From Nitrospirota bacterium (GTDB lineage: Bacteria; Nitrospirota; Nitrospiria; Nitrospirales; NS-4): DNA of 64,000 bases. Shown in pieces: positions 20,293 through 29,519 of the stretch (the first letter of the stretch is position 1; every line of letters starts with the position of its first letter). The stretch spans positions 32,001-96,000 of the forward strand of contig CAWBGA010000002.1 in NCBI GenBank assembly GCA_963788195.1, given 5' to 3'. Both the position numbers and the translations under genes were made by a program. Under the pieces are notes generated by a model. The model did not search any database. It had not been told where the DNA came from and saw only the letters and a list, made by a program, of their open reading frames with translations.

Positions 20293-20814
20293 GGCGTTTG
20301 CAAATAATCACCATTTTATTTTCATCCGTAATTAACGGTAATCCGATACCATTTGGTGGTGACCCCGGAGGCGGCGGCATGTTTACAATAGACGCCTACG
20401 GAGCGTCTGAACTGCCTACGTGGGACAAACCGCGAACCAGTCAATCTAGTAAGGCACAGATTGAGAACATTCGTTGGAAACTGATCCGCCTTCGCGATCG
20501 TGCGATTCTCCCTGAGGTGGGTAACTCACAGGTTTATATCCGACTGCTGCCTCAGGAAAATATGATGGAAGGCTTTGGAGGCTGCAACCGTCTGCGCGGC
20601 CATTACGAGGCCGACGGAAGCAGGTATACAGTTTAGCAGAGTGACGGCCACGAGAAAGGTATGTCCGGAGAGGATGGAGCAGGAACAGGCATTCCTAAAA
20701 GTCCTGGAAGCGGCAGCCACATGGATGGTCGAAGGCGAATCCCTGGAGCTTACGTCTAGCAGCGGCGAATTGCTTGCACGGTTTGACAGGCATGAAAAAC
20801 AGGAGAAGAAATGA
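20289..20814 (+). CDS. META/HslJ-domain protein; apparent +1 frameshift near 20622
   Basis: WKL..GFGGCN..G.Y joins ATRKVC..MEQEQAFLKVL..L.L in the next frame. Start uncertain. Confidence 0.7.
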
Positions 20815-20827
20815 GGTCTTCGAAACC

Positions 20828-21805
20828 TTAGAGCTTTGTCGCTTCCAACACTCCGATGACCGGTGTAATTCGGTGGCGCTTGAATCGTCCATACCCCAGG
20901 GGCCTCAGCCAGCCCTCCACTTCGGTCCAGCTATAACACCGGCCGGTCGCGGTATAGAGGTACATCATGACCGAAAAGACAGCGCTTCTGGCAGGAGCTG
21001 TCCGGCTCGCCTCCAGGAAGAATTCGACGATGAAGAGCTTCCCGCCCGTGCGGAGCGCCTGCGCCGCTCGTCGCAAAAGCTTCCGGTTCTCGTCCTCGTT
21101 AAAAACATGAATGACATTAGAGCACAGCACGGTGTCGTACCCGCCACCGAGGTCATCGTTGAAAATGTCACCGGCTTTGACCTTGAGCCGGCCATTCAAG
21201 CCGTGCTCGCGGATCAATCTCCTGGCTACCGCAGTGGTCTGATCTATGATGACGCCATGCAATTGCGGATAGCGTTTTGCCAACGCTATGGCATAGGACC
21301 CGGGACCGCCCGCAAGATCCAGAAAACGTGCGGCGGATGATCCAAGGCGCATGGCCTCTACGGTCGGCCCGGCAAGGACATAACTTCGCTCGTGCATGGC
21401 CCAGGAGAATTGCCGGCGGAATTTCGGGGTAGCCGTGATGGGCGCCCAGCCCAATCGACCCTTACGCAGTGCCGCAGGCAGCTTCGTCCAGTCGTGCCAA
21501 TGGTGAGCGAACAGCCACAGCAGGTTCGTGAGAGACTCGGGGCTGCGCCGGTCGAGATAGCGGCGGCCGAGCGCCGTATTGCGATAGCCCCTCCGATCGC
21601 GATTCAGAATACCTAGGCTGACCAGCGCATCCAGTACAAGGTGCAGGCCTTCGGCATCTACTTGGCACCGGCGGGCAATATTTTTGAGAGAAAGTCTTTC
21701 CTTCCCGATTGCCGTGAAGACATCGCAAGCATTGGCAGCTAGGAGAATTTGCGATGGTCCACAGGCATTCGCAAGTTCTATCAGCTGTGTATAGCTCTTG
21801 CCCAC
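20828..21805 (-). CDS. O-methyltransferase family 2 (dimerisation domain plus methyltransferase)
   Basis: N-terminal wHTH (LDALVSLGIL..YRNT); FLDLAGGPG; GDIF; SNVIH; GTG start with GGAGG RBS. Confidence 0.85.
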   Translation of the reverse strand: MGKSYTQLIELANACGPSQILLAANACDVFTAIGKERLSLKNIARRCQVDAEGLHLVLDALVSLGILNRDRRGYRNTALGRRYLDRRSPESLTNLLWLFAHHWHDWTKLPAALRKGRLGWAPITATPKFRRQFSWAMHERSYVLAGPTVEAMRLGSSAARFLDLAGGPGSYAIALAKRYPQLHGVIIDQTTAVARRLIREHGLNGRLKVKAGDIFNDDLGGGYDTVLCSNVIHVFNEDENRKLLRRAAQALRTGGKLFIVEFFLEASRTAPARSAVFSVMMYLYTATGRCYSWTEVEGWLRPLGYGRFKRHRITPVIGVLEATKL

Positions 21806-21952
21806 CGCGTCCTCCGGCCGGCACCATACCGTTGCAGAGGGAAGGAGATCAAGCGCATGCAGGTGTTCGATTGACAGCCTGTCTGGCCTTGGATAGACTC
21901 CTGCCTGGATTCTCCCCAGACGAAACTCACTTTCAGGAGCCACTTAAGACGG

Positions 21953-23047
21953 ATGAAGCGCACCCCGCTCATTGAGCATCACAGGAAGTTGAACGCGAAA
22001 CTCGTCGACTTCAATGAGTGGGAGATGCCGATCCAGTATCAAGGTGTTGTTGAGGAATATCAGGCGGTTCGAGCTGCGGTCGGCGTGTTCGATGTCAGTC
22101 ATATGGGCCGGGTTATGGTCGAAGGGCGCGACGCGGTTTCTTTCCTTCAACAGGTGACCACCAACAATATCATGAAGCTCGCTGTGGGCTCCGCGCAGTA
22201 TTCGATGATCTGCAATCAAGAAGGCGGCATCAAGGACGACATATTTGTCTATAGGCTTGAGGAGCGGCGATTCCTACTCTGTGTCAATGCCTCCAATCGC
22301 GAGAAGATCATTTCGTGGCTTTACACCAAGTCGCCGCAGGGAGACATACGGCTGAGCGACGAGAGCCATGACCTGGCTCAAATTGCGTTGCAAGGGCCGC
22401 ATTCCGAAGGGGTTCTCCGGGTCGTCTGTCCAAGTGTTCCGGATATGCTCAAGCCTCGACAGTGTGTTCAAGCAGAGGTCTTCAAGATCAACTGCATCAT
22501 CTCGCGCACCGGGTATACCGGTGAAGTCGGCTATGAACTCTATGTCCCTTCTCAGTCGTCCGGCATCATCTGGGCGGGCTTGCTCGAGGCAGGGGAGAGC
22601 CTCGGCATCAGACCCTGCGGTCTGGGAGCCCGGGACCTGCTTCGGCTTGAAGTTGGGTATCTTCTTTACGGCAGTGACATCGATGAAAACACGACTCCAC
22701 TCGAAGCGAGCGCGGAGTGGGCGGTCGATTTTACGAAGGGGGACTTCCTCGGCAGGTCGTCGCTTCTACGGCAAAAAGAAAAAGGCGTCCTGCGCAAGCT
22801 CGTGGGTTTTGAGTTGATCCAGAAAGGGGTCCCCCGACACGGAATGAAAATCACGTCTCAAGGGCAGAGCCTGCAGGAAATAGGGGTCGTAACCAGTGGA
22901 AATTTATCGCCCCGACTCCAGAAGGGCATTGGTTTAGGGTACGTGCCTCCTGAGTTCAGCAGCCTCGGAACCCCTTTGCTCATCGATATCCGGGGACGCG
23001 CCCATGCCGCGATCGTGGTGGCGCCGCCATTTTATAAACGGAAGTAG
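21953..23047 (+). CDS. gcvT: Glycine cleavage system aminomethyltransferase T
   Basis: FDVSHMG, SRTGYTGE.GYE, GLGARDLLRLE.G, PFY C-terminus. Confidence 0.95.
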   Translation: MKRTPLIEHHRKLNAKLVDFNEWEMPIQYQGVVEEYQAVRAAVGVFDVSHMGRVMVEGRDAVSFLQQVTTNNIMKLAVGSAQYSMICNQEGGIKDDIFVYRLEERRFLLCVNASNREKIISWLYTKSPQGDIRLSDESHDLAQIALQGPHSEGVLRVVCPSVPDMLKPRQCVQAEVFKINCIISRTGYTGEVGYELYVPSQSSGIIWAGLLEAGESLGIRPCGLGARDLLRLEVGYLLYGSDIDENTTPLEASAEWAVDFTKGDFLGRSSLLRQKEKGVLRKLVGFELIQKGVPRHGMKITSQGQSLQEIGVVTSGNLSPRLQKGIGLGYVPPEFSSLGTPLLIDIRGRAHAAIVVAPPFYKRK

Positions 23048-23054
23048 AATTGTC

Positions 23055-23305
23055 GTCATTCTGAGCGGAGGGCTGTTGTCATTCTGAGCGAAGCGAAGAA
23101 TCTCGGGTCTATGCATGTTCTTCACGGAGTTTAGCGTGAGCCTCGAATTGAGATCCCCTTCACGGAGTTTCTCCTGAGCGAGCAATTGAGATCCTTCACT
23201 TCGTTCAGGATGACAAGCGAAGGATTCAGGATGACAGCGAAGGGTTCAGCACGACAGCCGAGGTTCAGGATGACAAGCGAATGGGTCCAGGATGACGAGC
23301 GCAGC
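23055..23305. repeat. REP-like cluster: two GTCATTCTGAGC arms facing five degenerate CAGGATGACA arms
   Basis: Left arms near 23055 and 23078; right arms about 20 bp apart between roughly 23200 and 23300. Confidence 0.75.
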
Positions 23306-23319
23306 GAAGGGATTGAGTC

Positions 23320-23844
23320 TTGATAATAGAAACAAAGCGTATTTTTAAGGGCCGAGTAGTCACGCTGGATATCGATACGGTCACGCTGCCGAATGGCGCC
23401 ACGATCGAGTTGGAGATGATCCATCATCCCGGTGCGGCGGCGGTCGTTCCGATCAAGGAGGATGGAACCGTGATCTTGATCCGTCAGTTCCGTCACGCGG
23501 CGGCCGGCTATATATATGAGATTCCGGCCGGAAAATTGCATTTGGGGGAGGATCCGAAGGTCTGCGCGGAGCGCGAATTGCAGGAAGAGATCGGCTACAA
23601 AGTAGCTTCTCTCGAACTGCTGGCGAGCATCCTGACGACACCGGGTTTCACCGACGAAGTGATTCACATCTACAAAGGCACAGGCCTGAGTATAGGCACA
23701 CAGAATCTAGACCATGACGAAGTCATAGAGATCATCGAATTACCTTTGGCGAAAGCAATAGCACAGATCAATGACGGGACCATCCGGGACGGCAAAACGA
23801 TTGTGGGTCTACAAATGGCGTATCTGCGCGAGCAGTTTCCTTGA
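23320..23844 (+). CDS. Nudix hydrolase (ADP-ribose pyrophosphatase-like)
   Basis: HPGAAAV, RQFR, EIPAG..CAERELQEEIG Nudix box, DGKT. Confidence 0.9.
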   Translation: MIIETKRIFKGRVVTLDIDTVTLPNGATIELEMIHHPGAAAVVPIKEDGTVILIRQFRHAAAGYIYEIPAGKLHLGEDPKVCAERELQEEIGYKVASLELLASILTTPGFTDEVIHIYKGTGLSIGTQNLDHDEVIEIIELPLAKAIAQINDGTIRDGKTIVGLQMAYLREQFP

Positions 23845-24353
23845 TGATGCGGTGGAACCTGCCGTTCGTTCTCGTTGCGGTGGCCTTGTCAGGCGATCCT
23901 CAAGCGCGAGAACTCGATGGTGGTCGCAATGGGTTCAATGGCTACCAACTGGAGACGCCGGTTACCAGTTACGGTCTGCTCAGGGAGGTCGGCAAGTTCA
24001 GCACAGAATTCGTCAACGAAGTCACTGTGTACGAAGATCCTGACGAAGTATTAATGCTGGACGCGGTGCCGCTGAAAAAAGTGCGGTACCGTTTTGCGGA
24101 TGGGCTACTCGAAAGCGTGCAATTGACGTATGAGGGGCGCGAGAATCGTGACAGACTGCTGAGCTGGGTCGAAGCGCATTACGGAAAGCTTCCCGGCAAT
24201 GAACGCAGAATCCTTGCCCAAGTAGTCTGGCACGGGGAGAAGATGATGATCATGTTGAATTACAACCGGACGCAGAATGAAGGCGCGCTCTGGTTTATCT
24301 CGCCAACGCTGCACGGAGAGATCAACCGCACTACCGGGTCGATCCCGGACTAG
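23841..24353 (+). CDS. Secreted hypothetical protein; paralog of 201-732
   Basis: Signal peptide; GFNG..STEFV..VYE..VRYRF..YEGRENR shared with 201-732. Confidence 0.75.
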   Translation: MMMRWNLPFVLVAVALSGDPQARELDGGRNGFNGYQLETPVTSYGLLREVGKFSTEFVNEVTVYEDPDEVLMLDAVPLKKVRYRFADGLLESVQLTYEGRENRDRLLSWVEAHYGKLPGNERRILAQVVWHGEKMMIMLNYNRTQNEGALWFISPTLHGEINRTTGSIPD

Positions 24354-24561
24354 GGGTTGGCGTCCCGTCCCGCACCTTGGCGTTGGCGCGCTCGCGTTCT
24401 TCCTGTTTCATCCTCTCAAACGTCCGATCGGACTCGCTCTTGATTTCCCGACTGCTCGGATCGGAAGTTTCAGGAGCAGGCGACGCACAGCCGGGAAGTA
24501 AAGATGCGCCAACGAAAAGCCCCGTTACGAGTAGTGATTGCATCCACTTTATTTTTGCCAT
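24331..24561 (-). CDS. Small lipoprotein
   Basis: Hydrophobic signal with lipobox LPGC; GAGGA upstream. Confidence 0.65.
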   Translation of the reverse strand: MAKIKWMQSLLVTGLFVGASLLPGCASPAPETSDPSSREIKSESDRTFERMKQEERERANAKVRDGTPTPSPGSTR

Positions 24562-24639
24562 GACACCATCCTCATAAGACGTGACATCGCCTTCGGTTAA
24601 GATTTTACTGTATGAAAGATGCTAAAGTCACTTGACCAT

Positions 24640-25086
24640 ATGTCTCTGAACGATCGACTATCCGAAGACCTAAAGCAGGCCATGAAGGCCAAAGACCAGC
24701 TGCGTATGGATACGATACGCATGATGAAGGCCGCACTCTTTAACAAAGAAATCGAATTGAACAAACCGTTAGACGAAGCGGAGATGAACAGGGTCTTGAC
24801 GACGATGGTCAAGCAGCGCAAGGATGCGGCCGACCAGTATCGAACGGCGAACCGTCCCGAGTTGGCTGAGAAGGAACTGAAGGAAATTGTGATCGTCGAA
24901 AGCTACCTGCCACGGGCTCTGTCTGGGGAAGAGATTGCTCAGTTGATTGCGGATGCGATGCGTGAAACTAACGCCGAGTCAGCAAAAGACATGGGCAAAG
25001 TCATGAAGGCGGTAATGGCGCAACTTGCCGGCCAGCCCGTGGATGGCAAGGTGATTAGCGACCTCATCCGCGCCAGACTGAAATAG
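24640..25086 (+). CDS. GatB/YqeY-domain protein
   Basis: DLKQAMKAKD..KQRKD..R.ELA.KE..YLP..KDMGKVMK..DGK. Confidence 0.9.
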   Translation: MSLNDRLSEDLKQAMKAKDQLRMDTIRMMKAALFNKEIELNKPLDEAEMNRVLTTMVKQRKDAADQYRTANRPELAEKELKEIVIVESYLPRALSGEEIAQLIADAMRETNAESAKDMGKVMKAVMAQLAGQPVDGKVISDLIRARLK

Positions 25087-25112
25087 GATTAAAGCTGCGG
25101 CGATCTAACAGC

Positions 25113-25214
25113 GGGGTCTGGCTCCATTTTAGTCTTCGAAAAAGGTGCCTGAACCCATTCCGGCAAGCGATTTATTATGGGGACAGGCACCATTCGGAAA
25201 TGGAGCCTGTCCCC
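25113..25214. repeat. Two tandem GGGG(AC/TC)-type palindromes
   Basis: GGGGTCTGGCTCCATTTT/AAAAGGTGCCTGAACCC and GGGGACAGGCACCATT/AATGGAGCCTGTCCCC. Confidence 0.65.
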
Positions 25215-25237
25215 TCTACAGCCGCGGGTAACCGATC

Positions 25238-25483
25238 TCACCTCCGTCGTCGCAGAGCCAGCAGGCCCACCAGCCCGGACCCCAGGAGCAAGAACGCGGC
25301 CGGTTCCGGCATGGGAGATGGCGCAGTGGACGACAGACGGCTCACATAGCCATAGCCGGCCTCGGAGTCGATCGCAAAACCGTTGGGCACGCTGAAAAGA
25401 AAGACAGCGCTGTTCGCGACGTCGGCGAAGCTCCTGCAAGTAGTGCCTTTGTTGCACTCCGCCTCGCCGCGAAATTCCGCCAA
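25238..25483 (-). pseudogene. Remnant of a PEP-CTERM protein (sorting tail only)
   Basis: Ends PMPEPAAFLLLGSGLVGLLALRRRR*; no signal peptide, and an in-frame stop lies shortly upstream. Confidence 0.65.
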
Positions 25484-25651
25484 GAAATGTAAGGACTCAG
25501 GATGTTTTCCTTGACTCCATGCCTACCTGGATAACTAGCGCTGCGCTGAGGATGGTGTCAGAAAAGGGGGGACCGCCTTTTGGAGAATGGATAGCCCAAA
25601 TGGCGGCGCCATGAAGAGCGTTCTTAGGATTATACTGGCTGGCGGGGCAAC

Positions 25652-27004
25652 ATGGCACACCGAATCCTGATCGTGGATGACGAGGAAGCCTCCCGGACCG
25701 GCCTACGCTCATTATTGACACACGCAGGCTATGAGGTGGAAGACGCGGAGGACGGCTCCAAAGCGCTCGAAAAGGCCAGAGGATTCAGGCCTGCCGTCGT
25801 GATCACCGACATTGTCATGCCGGGTTCCGATGGACTGGCGCTGTTAAAAGCTCTTCAAGAAGAGTTTCCGTTCGCCTCCGTCATTCTGTTGACCGGCCAG
25901 GGAACGATCGAGTCCGCGGTCGCAGCGATGAAGCATGGCGCCTACGACTACCTCACCAAACCCGTAGATATCCCGCGCTTGAAGGTGCTTGTCCGGAAGG
26001 CGTTGGAAAAAGCGGAGGCGCTTCTCGAGCTGAGTCTGCTCAGACAGCGGCTCAAGACCGTATGGGGAATGGGCAGGCTGATCGGCAAGAGCGCCGCAAT
26101 CCAGGAAGTGTATCGCCTCATTGAGTTGGCGGCTCCAACGTCCGCAGCAGTGTTGATCCTGGGAGAAAGCGGGACCGGAAAGGAGTTGGTGGCCCGCCGT
26201 CTGCACGAACTCTCGCCCCGCCGGTCCGGTCCCTTCGTCGCGGTTAATTGCTCGGCGATCCCCGAAACCCTCCTGGAGAGCGAGATTTTTGGTCATGAAA
26301 AAGGCGCGTTCACCGGGGCGCTCGAGAAGAGGATCGGCTGTTTTGAACTGGCCCATGAGGGCACCATCTTTCTGGATGAAATCGCCGAGATGAGCCCGGG
26401 CACCCAGGCGAAGTTTCTGCGTATCCTTCAGGACGGGATGCTGCGGCGTATTGGGGCGAAGACGGAAGTCTGGGTGGATGCGCGCGTCATCGCCGCGACG
26501 AACAGGGCGCTGGACCGGGCCATCAAGGAAGGACAGCTGCGCGAAGATTTGTACTACCGGCTTAATGTCTTCAGCGTGTCGCTCCCGCCGCTCCGGCAAC
26601 GGAAGGAGGATATTCCTCTGCTCATCGAGGCGTTCCTCGAAGAATTCAACGCGAAATACGACAAGCACATCAAAGGCGCCGACGATGCCGCCTTACAGCT
26701 TTTGATGGCGCATTCCTGGCCCGGCAATGTGAGAGAACTTCGGAACGTCATCGAGCGGGCGTCCATCACATGTGAGGGCCGCCTGATTGCCCCTGAGCAT
26801 CTTCCGACCGATCTGCGACACAACACAATCGCGCAGTCCGGAACAGAATGCAGTTTTCCTGCCGGCACGACCGTCGAGCAGGCGGAGCAAAGCCTGATTC
26901 TCTCAACGCTTGCGGCCTTGAAGAACAACAAGACCAAGACCGCGGAAGTCTTGGGGATCAGCCTCAAGACGCTTCATAATAAACTGGAGCGGTTCCGTCG
27001 CTAG
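25652..27004 (+). CDS. Sigma54-dependent response regulator (NtrC family)
   Basis: Receiver; GESGTGKE; GAFTGA; FLDEI; WPGNVREL; LGISLKTLHNKL HTH. Confidence 0.93.
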   Translation: MAHRILIVDDEEASRTGLRSLLTHAGYEVEDAEDGSKALEKARGFRPAVVITDIVMPGSDGLALLKALQEEFPFASVILLTGQGTIESAVAAMKHGAYDYLTKPVDIPRLKVLVRKALEKAEALLELSLLRQRLKTVWGMGRLIGKSAAIQEVYRLIELAAPTSAAVLILGESGTGKELVARRLHELSPRRSGPFVAVNCSAIPETLLESEIFGHEKGAFTGALEKRIGCFELAHEGTIFLDEIAEMSPGTQAKFLRILQDGMLRRIGAKTEVWVDARVIAATNRALDRAIKEGQLREDLYYRLNVFSVSLPPLRQRKEDIPLLIEAFLEEFNAKYDKHIKGADDAALQLLMAHSWPGNVRELRNVIERASITCEGRLIAPEHLPTDLRHNTIAQSGTECSFPAGTTVEQAEQSLILSTLAALKNNKTKTAEVLGISLKTLHNKLERFRR

Positions 27005-27005
27005 T

Positions 27006-28820
27006 ATGCGGCTCGGGTTGAAAGTCAAAGAGGCGTTCGCCGTCAGCTTCGTCACGTTCCTGGCGGTCACGGCTGCGACCTTGCTCCATCTCTCCGAACT
27101 CTCGCGAATCGAGCTGAAGGAGGTCATGCGACAGGACGAGCTCATTGCCAAGCAGATCTACGCTCAAAGCAGCCGGGCACTTGCCCGCGGCGCTCAAAGA
27201 TCTCCATTGACAGCGCTGCGCCGCGATCAAGAACTGAGAACGTTGGTTGAGGCCAGCGTGACATACTCGCCGCACCTCCTCTATGCCGTTATCGTAGACC
27301 GCGAAGGGAAGGTCCTGCTCCATAGTGATCAATCGCGGGAAGGCGAGCGAACGGCCGAGCGTCCCTCGCTTCAGGAACTGCTGGATAGAAATGTCCTAAA
27401 CCGCTTTTTGATGCTCTACACCGGCCCGAAGATCTATGAGGCAGTCATGCCGTTGACGCTCAACGGCGAGGCCTTCGGCAGCATCAAACTGGGCGCCGCG
27501 TCCCGGCTGCTTCGCAAAGAGCTGGAAAACTCCGCAAAAAAAAGTCTGGTCCTGGCCGGCGCTTTCCTTCCGATTGCGTGGTTTGTCGCGTTCGGTTTTG
27601 CCAACCTGGCCCGGCGGCCGATCCGCCGGTTGGTTCAGGAGATCGATCGGCTCCGGCGTGGGGAGTTCAGCAGTCTCACGGATGCGACGGACCAAATGGA
27701 AGACGAATATAAAGAGCTTGCGTCTCACCTCCTCCTCCTTGGACAAGAGATACAGTCGGACCGCCTCAAGACCCTGGGAGACAAGGGACACTTCCAGCAG
27801 GTCGTAGACCAGCTCGAGGATGCGATCATCTTTTTGAACCAGGAGCGCAAGATTCTGTTTTGCAACAGGGCCACGCAGGCCTTGCTTGGCAAGGAGATCG
27901 AGGCGGCCGTGGGCCGGCCCCTGCTTGATCTGCTGGGACCTGCCGATCCGCTGCGGGGCTTTCTCCATCAGTCTTTTGCAGACGACACGAGCGTGCGGAA
28001 CGCGACGCTTCGGTTGCCGAAAAACGGCCGGACAAAACAGGTACTGGCGTCCATATTTTTGATGAGAGACGAGGGGAAACTGCTCGGCGCGGTCGTACTC
28101 CTGAAGGATATGGAGTCGATCAAGACGGTCCAGTCCCTCATCCACTATTCAGCGAAGTTGACGGCGTTGGGACAGCTTACCTCCGGCATTGCGCACGAAG
28201 TGAAAAATCCGCTGAACGCCATGATGATCCATCTGGAGCTGTTGAAGGAAAAGTTGGAGATGCCCGTCGACGCAGGACAGCTGGAGGTGCAACAAAACGT
28301 GGCGGTTATCGAGAACGAGATCAAACGGCTGGACAGGGTTGTCCAGGGCTTTCTCAAATTTGTCCGTCCTCAGGAGCTGGCGCTGAAGCCCGTGGATCTC
28401 AATGCGCTCCTCAACCGCACTCTCGCTTCGTTGGCAACCCAATGGGAGCCCAAAGGCGTGCGCTTCCTGGGCGAGCTGGATGAAACGCTTCCCATGATAA
28501 CCGCGGACGAGGATCTGCTGCACCAGGCCTTTCTAAACATCCTGTTGAACGCATGTCAGGCCATGCCCGGCGGGGGCAGCGTGACTGTGCGGACCGAACG
28601 TCTGGAGGACGATTCAGTCAAAGTCAGCATCGGCGATGAAGGGGTCGGCATCCCACCAGAAGACAGAGACAAGATTTTCAAGCTCTACTACACGACGAAG
28701 GCCGATGGGAACGGGATCGGCCTGTCGATGGTCTACCGCATCATTCAACTCCATGACGGGGAGATTATGGTGCAGTCGGAGGTAGGTCAGGGCTCCACGA
28801 TGGTGGTGCGACTGCCATGA
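27006..28820 (+). CDS. Membrane sensor histidine kinase with HAMP and PAS domains
   Basis: Two TM segments; AHEVKNPL; NILLNACQA; DEGVGI; GNGIGL. Confidence 0.92.
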   Translation: MRLGLKVKEAFAVSFVTFLAVTAATLLHLSELSRIELKEVMRQDELIAKQIYAQSSRALARGAQRSPLTALRRDQELRTLVEASVTYSPHLLYAVIVDREGKVLLHSDQSREGERTAERPSLQELLDRNVLNRFLMLYTGPKIYEAVMPLTLNGEAFGSIKLGAASRLLRKELENSAKKSLVLAGAFLPIAWFVAFGFANLARRPIRRLVQEIDRLRRGEFSSLTDATDQMEDEYKELASHLLLLGQEIQSDRLKTLGDKGHFQQVVDQLEDAIIFLNQERKILFCNRATQALLGKEIEAAVGRPLLDLLGPADPLRGFLHQSFADDTSVRNATLRLPKNGRTKQVLASIFLMRDEGKLLGAVVLLKDMESIKTVQSLIHYSAKLTALGQLTSGIAHEVKNPLNAMMIHLELLKEKLEMPVDAGQLEVQQNVAVIENEIKRLDRVVQGFLKFVRPQELALKPVDLNALLNRTLASLATQWEPKGVRFLGELDETLPMITADEDLLHQAFLNILLNACQAMPGGGSVTVRTERLEDDSVKVSIGDEGVGIPPEDRDKIFKLYYTTKADGNGIGLSMVYRIIQLHDGEIMVQSEVGQGSTMVVRLP

Positions 28821-29164
28821 GCCGGTTCCTTGTTCTTGGTTTTCTCATTATGCTCGGAGCGCCTGTCTTCGGCTGTGCCGCTTCGAAGCCCCCCCCCGCA
28901 CCAAAGCCTTCCCCGGTGTTGTTGCCGGACTCAAAGGTGAAGGGAAACCGGATGGCGCAAGAAGCCGGCGTGCGAATCGCGCGCGCCGAACAAATGGCAA
29001 ACCAAGTGGATCAAAAGAAATTAACTCTGGAACAGGAGGAAACCTATCTCACGATCAAGAGTTTTCTCGTGAAGGCCAAGAAGGCGATGCAGGTCAAAGA
29101 TTTCGCCCGCGCGTCCACTCTGGCGGATAAGGCCATGATCCTCGCCGAGGAGCTCACCAACTAA
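28817..29164 (+). CDS. Lipoprotein coupled to the kinase gene
   Basis: ATGA overlap with the kinase stop; lipobox VFGC; Pro-rich linker and helical body. Confidence 0.75.
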   Translation: MSRFLVLGFLIMLGAPVFGCAASKPPPAPKPSPVLLPDSKVKGNRMAQEAGVRIARAEQMANQVDQKKLTLEQEETYLTIKSFLVKAKKAMQVKDFARASTLADKAMILAEELTN

Positions 29165-29165
29165 C

Positions 29166-29202
29166 GTGTAACTTTTACACAAAAGGGGTGTAAAAGTTAT
29201 AG
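29166..29202. promoter_or_regulatory. Tandem GTGTAA-N3-TTA(C/T)A boxes; candidate enhancer
   Basis: GTGTAACTTTTACAC and GTGTAAAAGTTATAG, 22 bp apart, also forming a 12-bp inverted repeat. Confidence 0.5.
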
Positions 29203-29296
29203 ACTCGCTGCCGTCTTCAGTCTGTTGTGGCTGCGGTAACGCCACATAAGCGCATGTAAATCAATATTTCTCTGCTGGACAATAGCTCTCAGATTT

Positions 29297-29312
29297 TGGC
29301 CCATCCTTTGCG
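29297..29312 (+). promoter_or_regulatory. Candidate sigma54 promoter
   Basis: TGGCCCATCCTTTGCG with GG-N10-GC spacing, about 100 bp downstream of the boxes. Confidence 0.55.
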
Positions 29313-29329
29313 TTCTATCTTCCGTAGAT

Positions 29330-29422
29330 ATGGTAGTCGCCACCACCACACGTAAAGAGATTCTGATCGTCGAAGATGATTCTGAAAACCTCGTCAAGGC
29401 GCTCGAGGCTCAAGAAACTTAA
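29330..29422 (+). pseudogene. 30-codon ORF resembling the start of a receiver domain
   Basis: MVVATTTRKEILIVEDDSENLVKALEAQET*. Confidence 0.4.
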
Positions 29423-29519
29423 TGCGGTGTTGGGGTGTCGATAGTGCAGTGGACCTCCTTCAGCTAGGATTGCCGGCCCGGTACGGGGCTGGCACGAAGC
29501 AGCTTTATAGAGATGCCCA

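Noticed and set aside
29490..29506. Second sigma54 promoter TGGCACGAAGCAGC before the LuxR gene
   Set aside because: Spacing is GG-N9-GC, one base short of the required distance.
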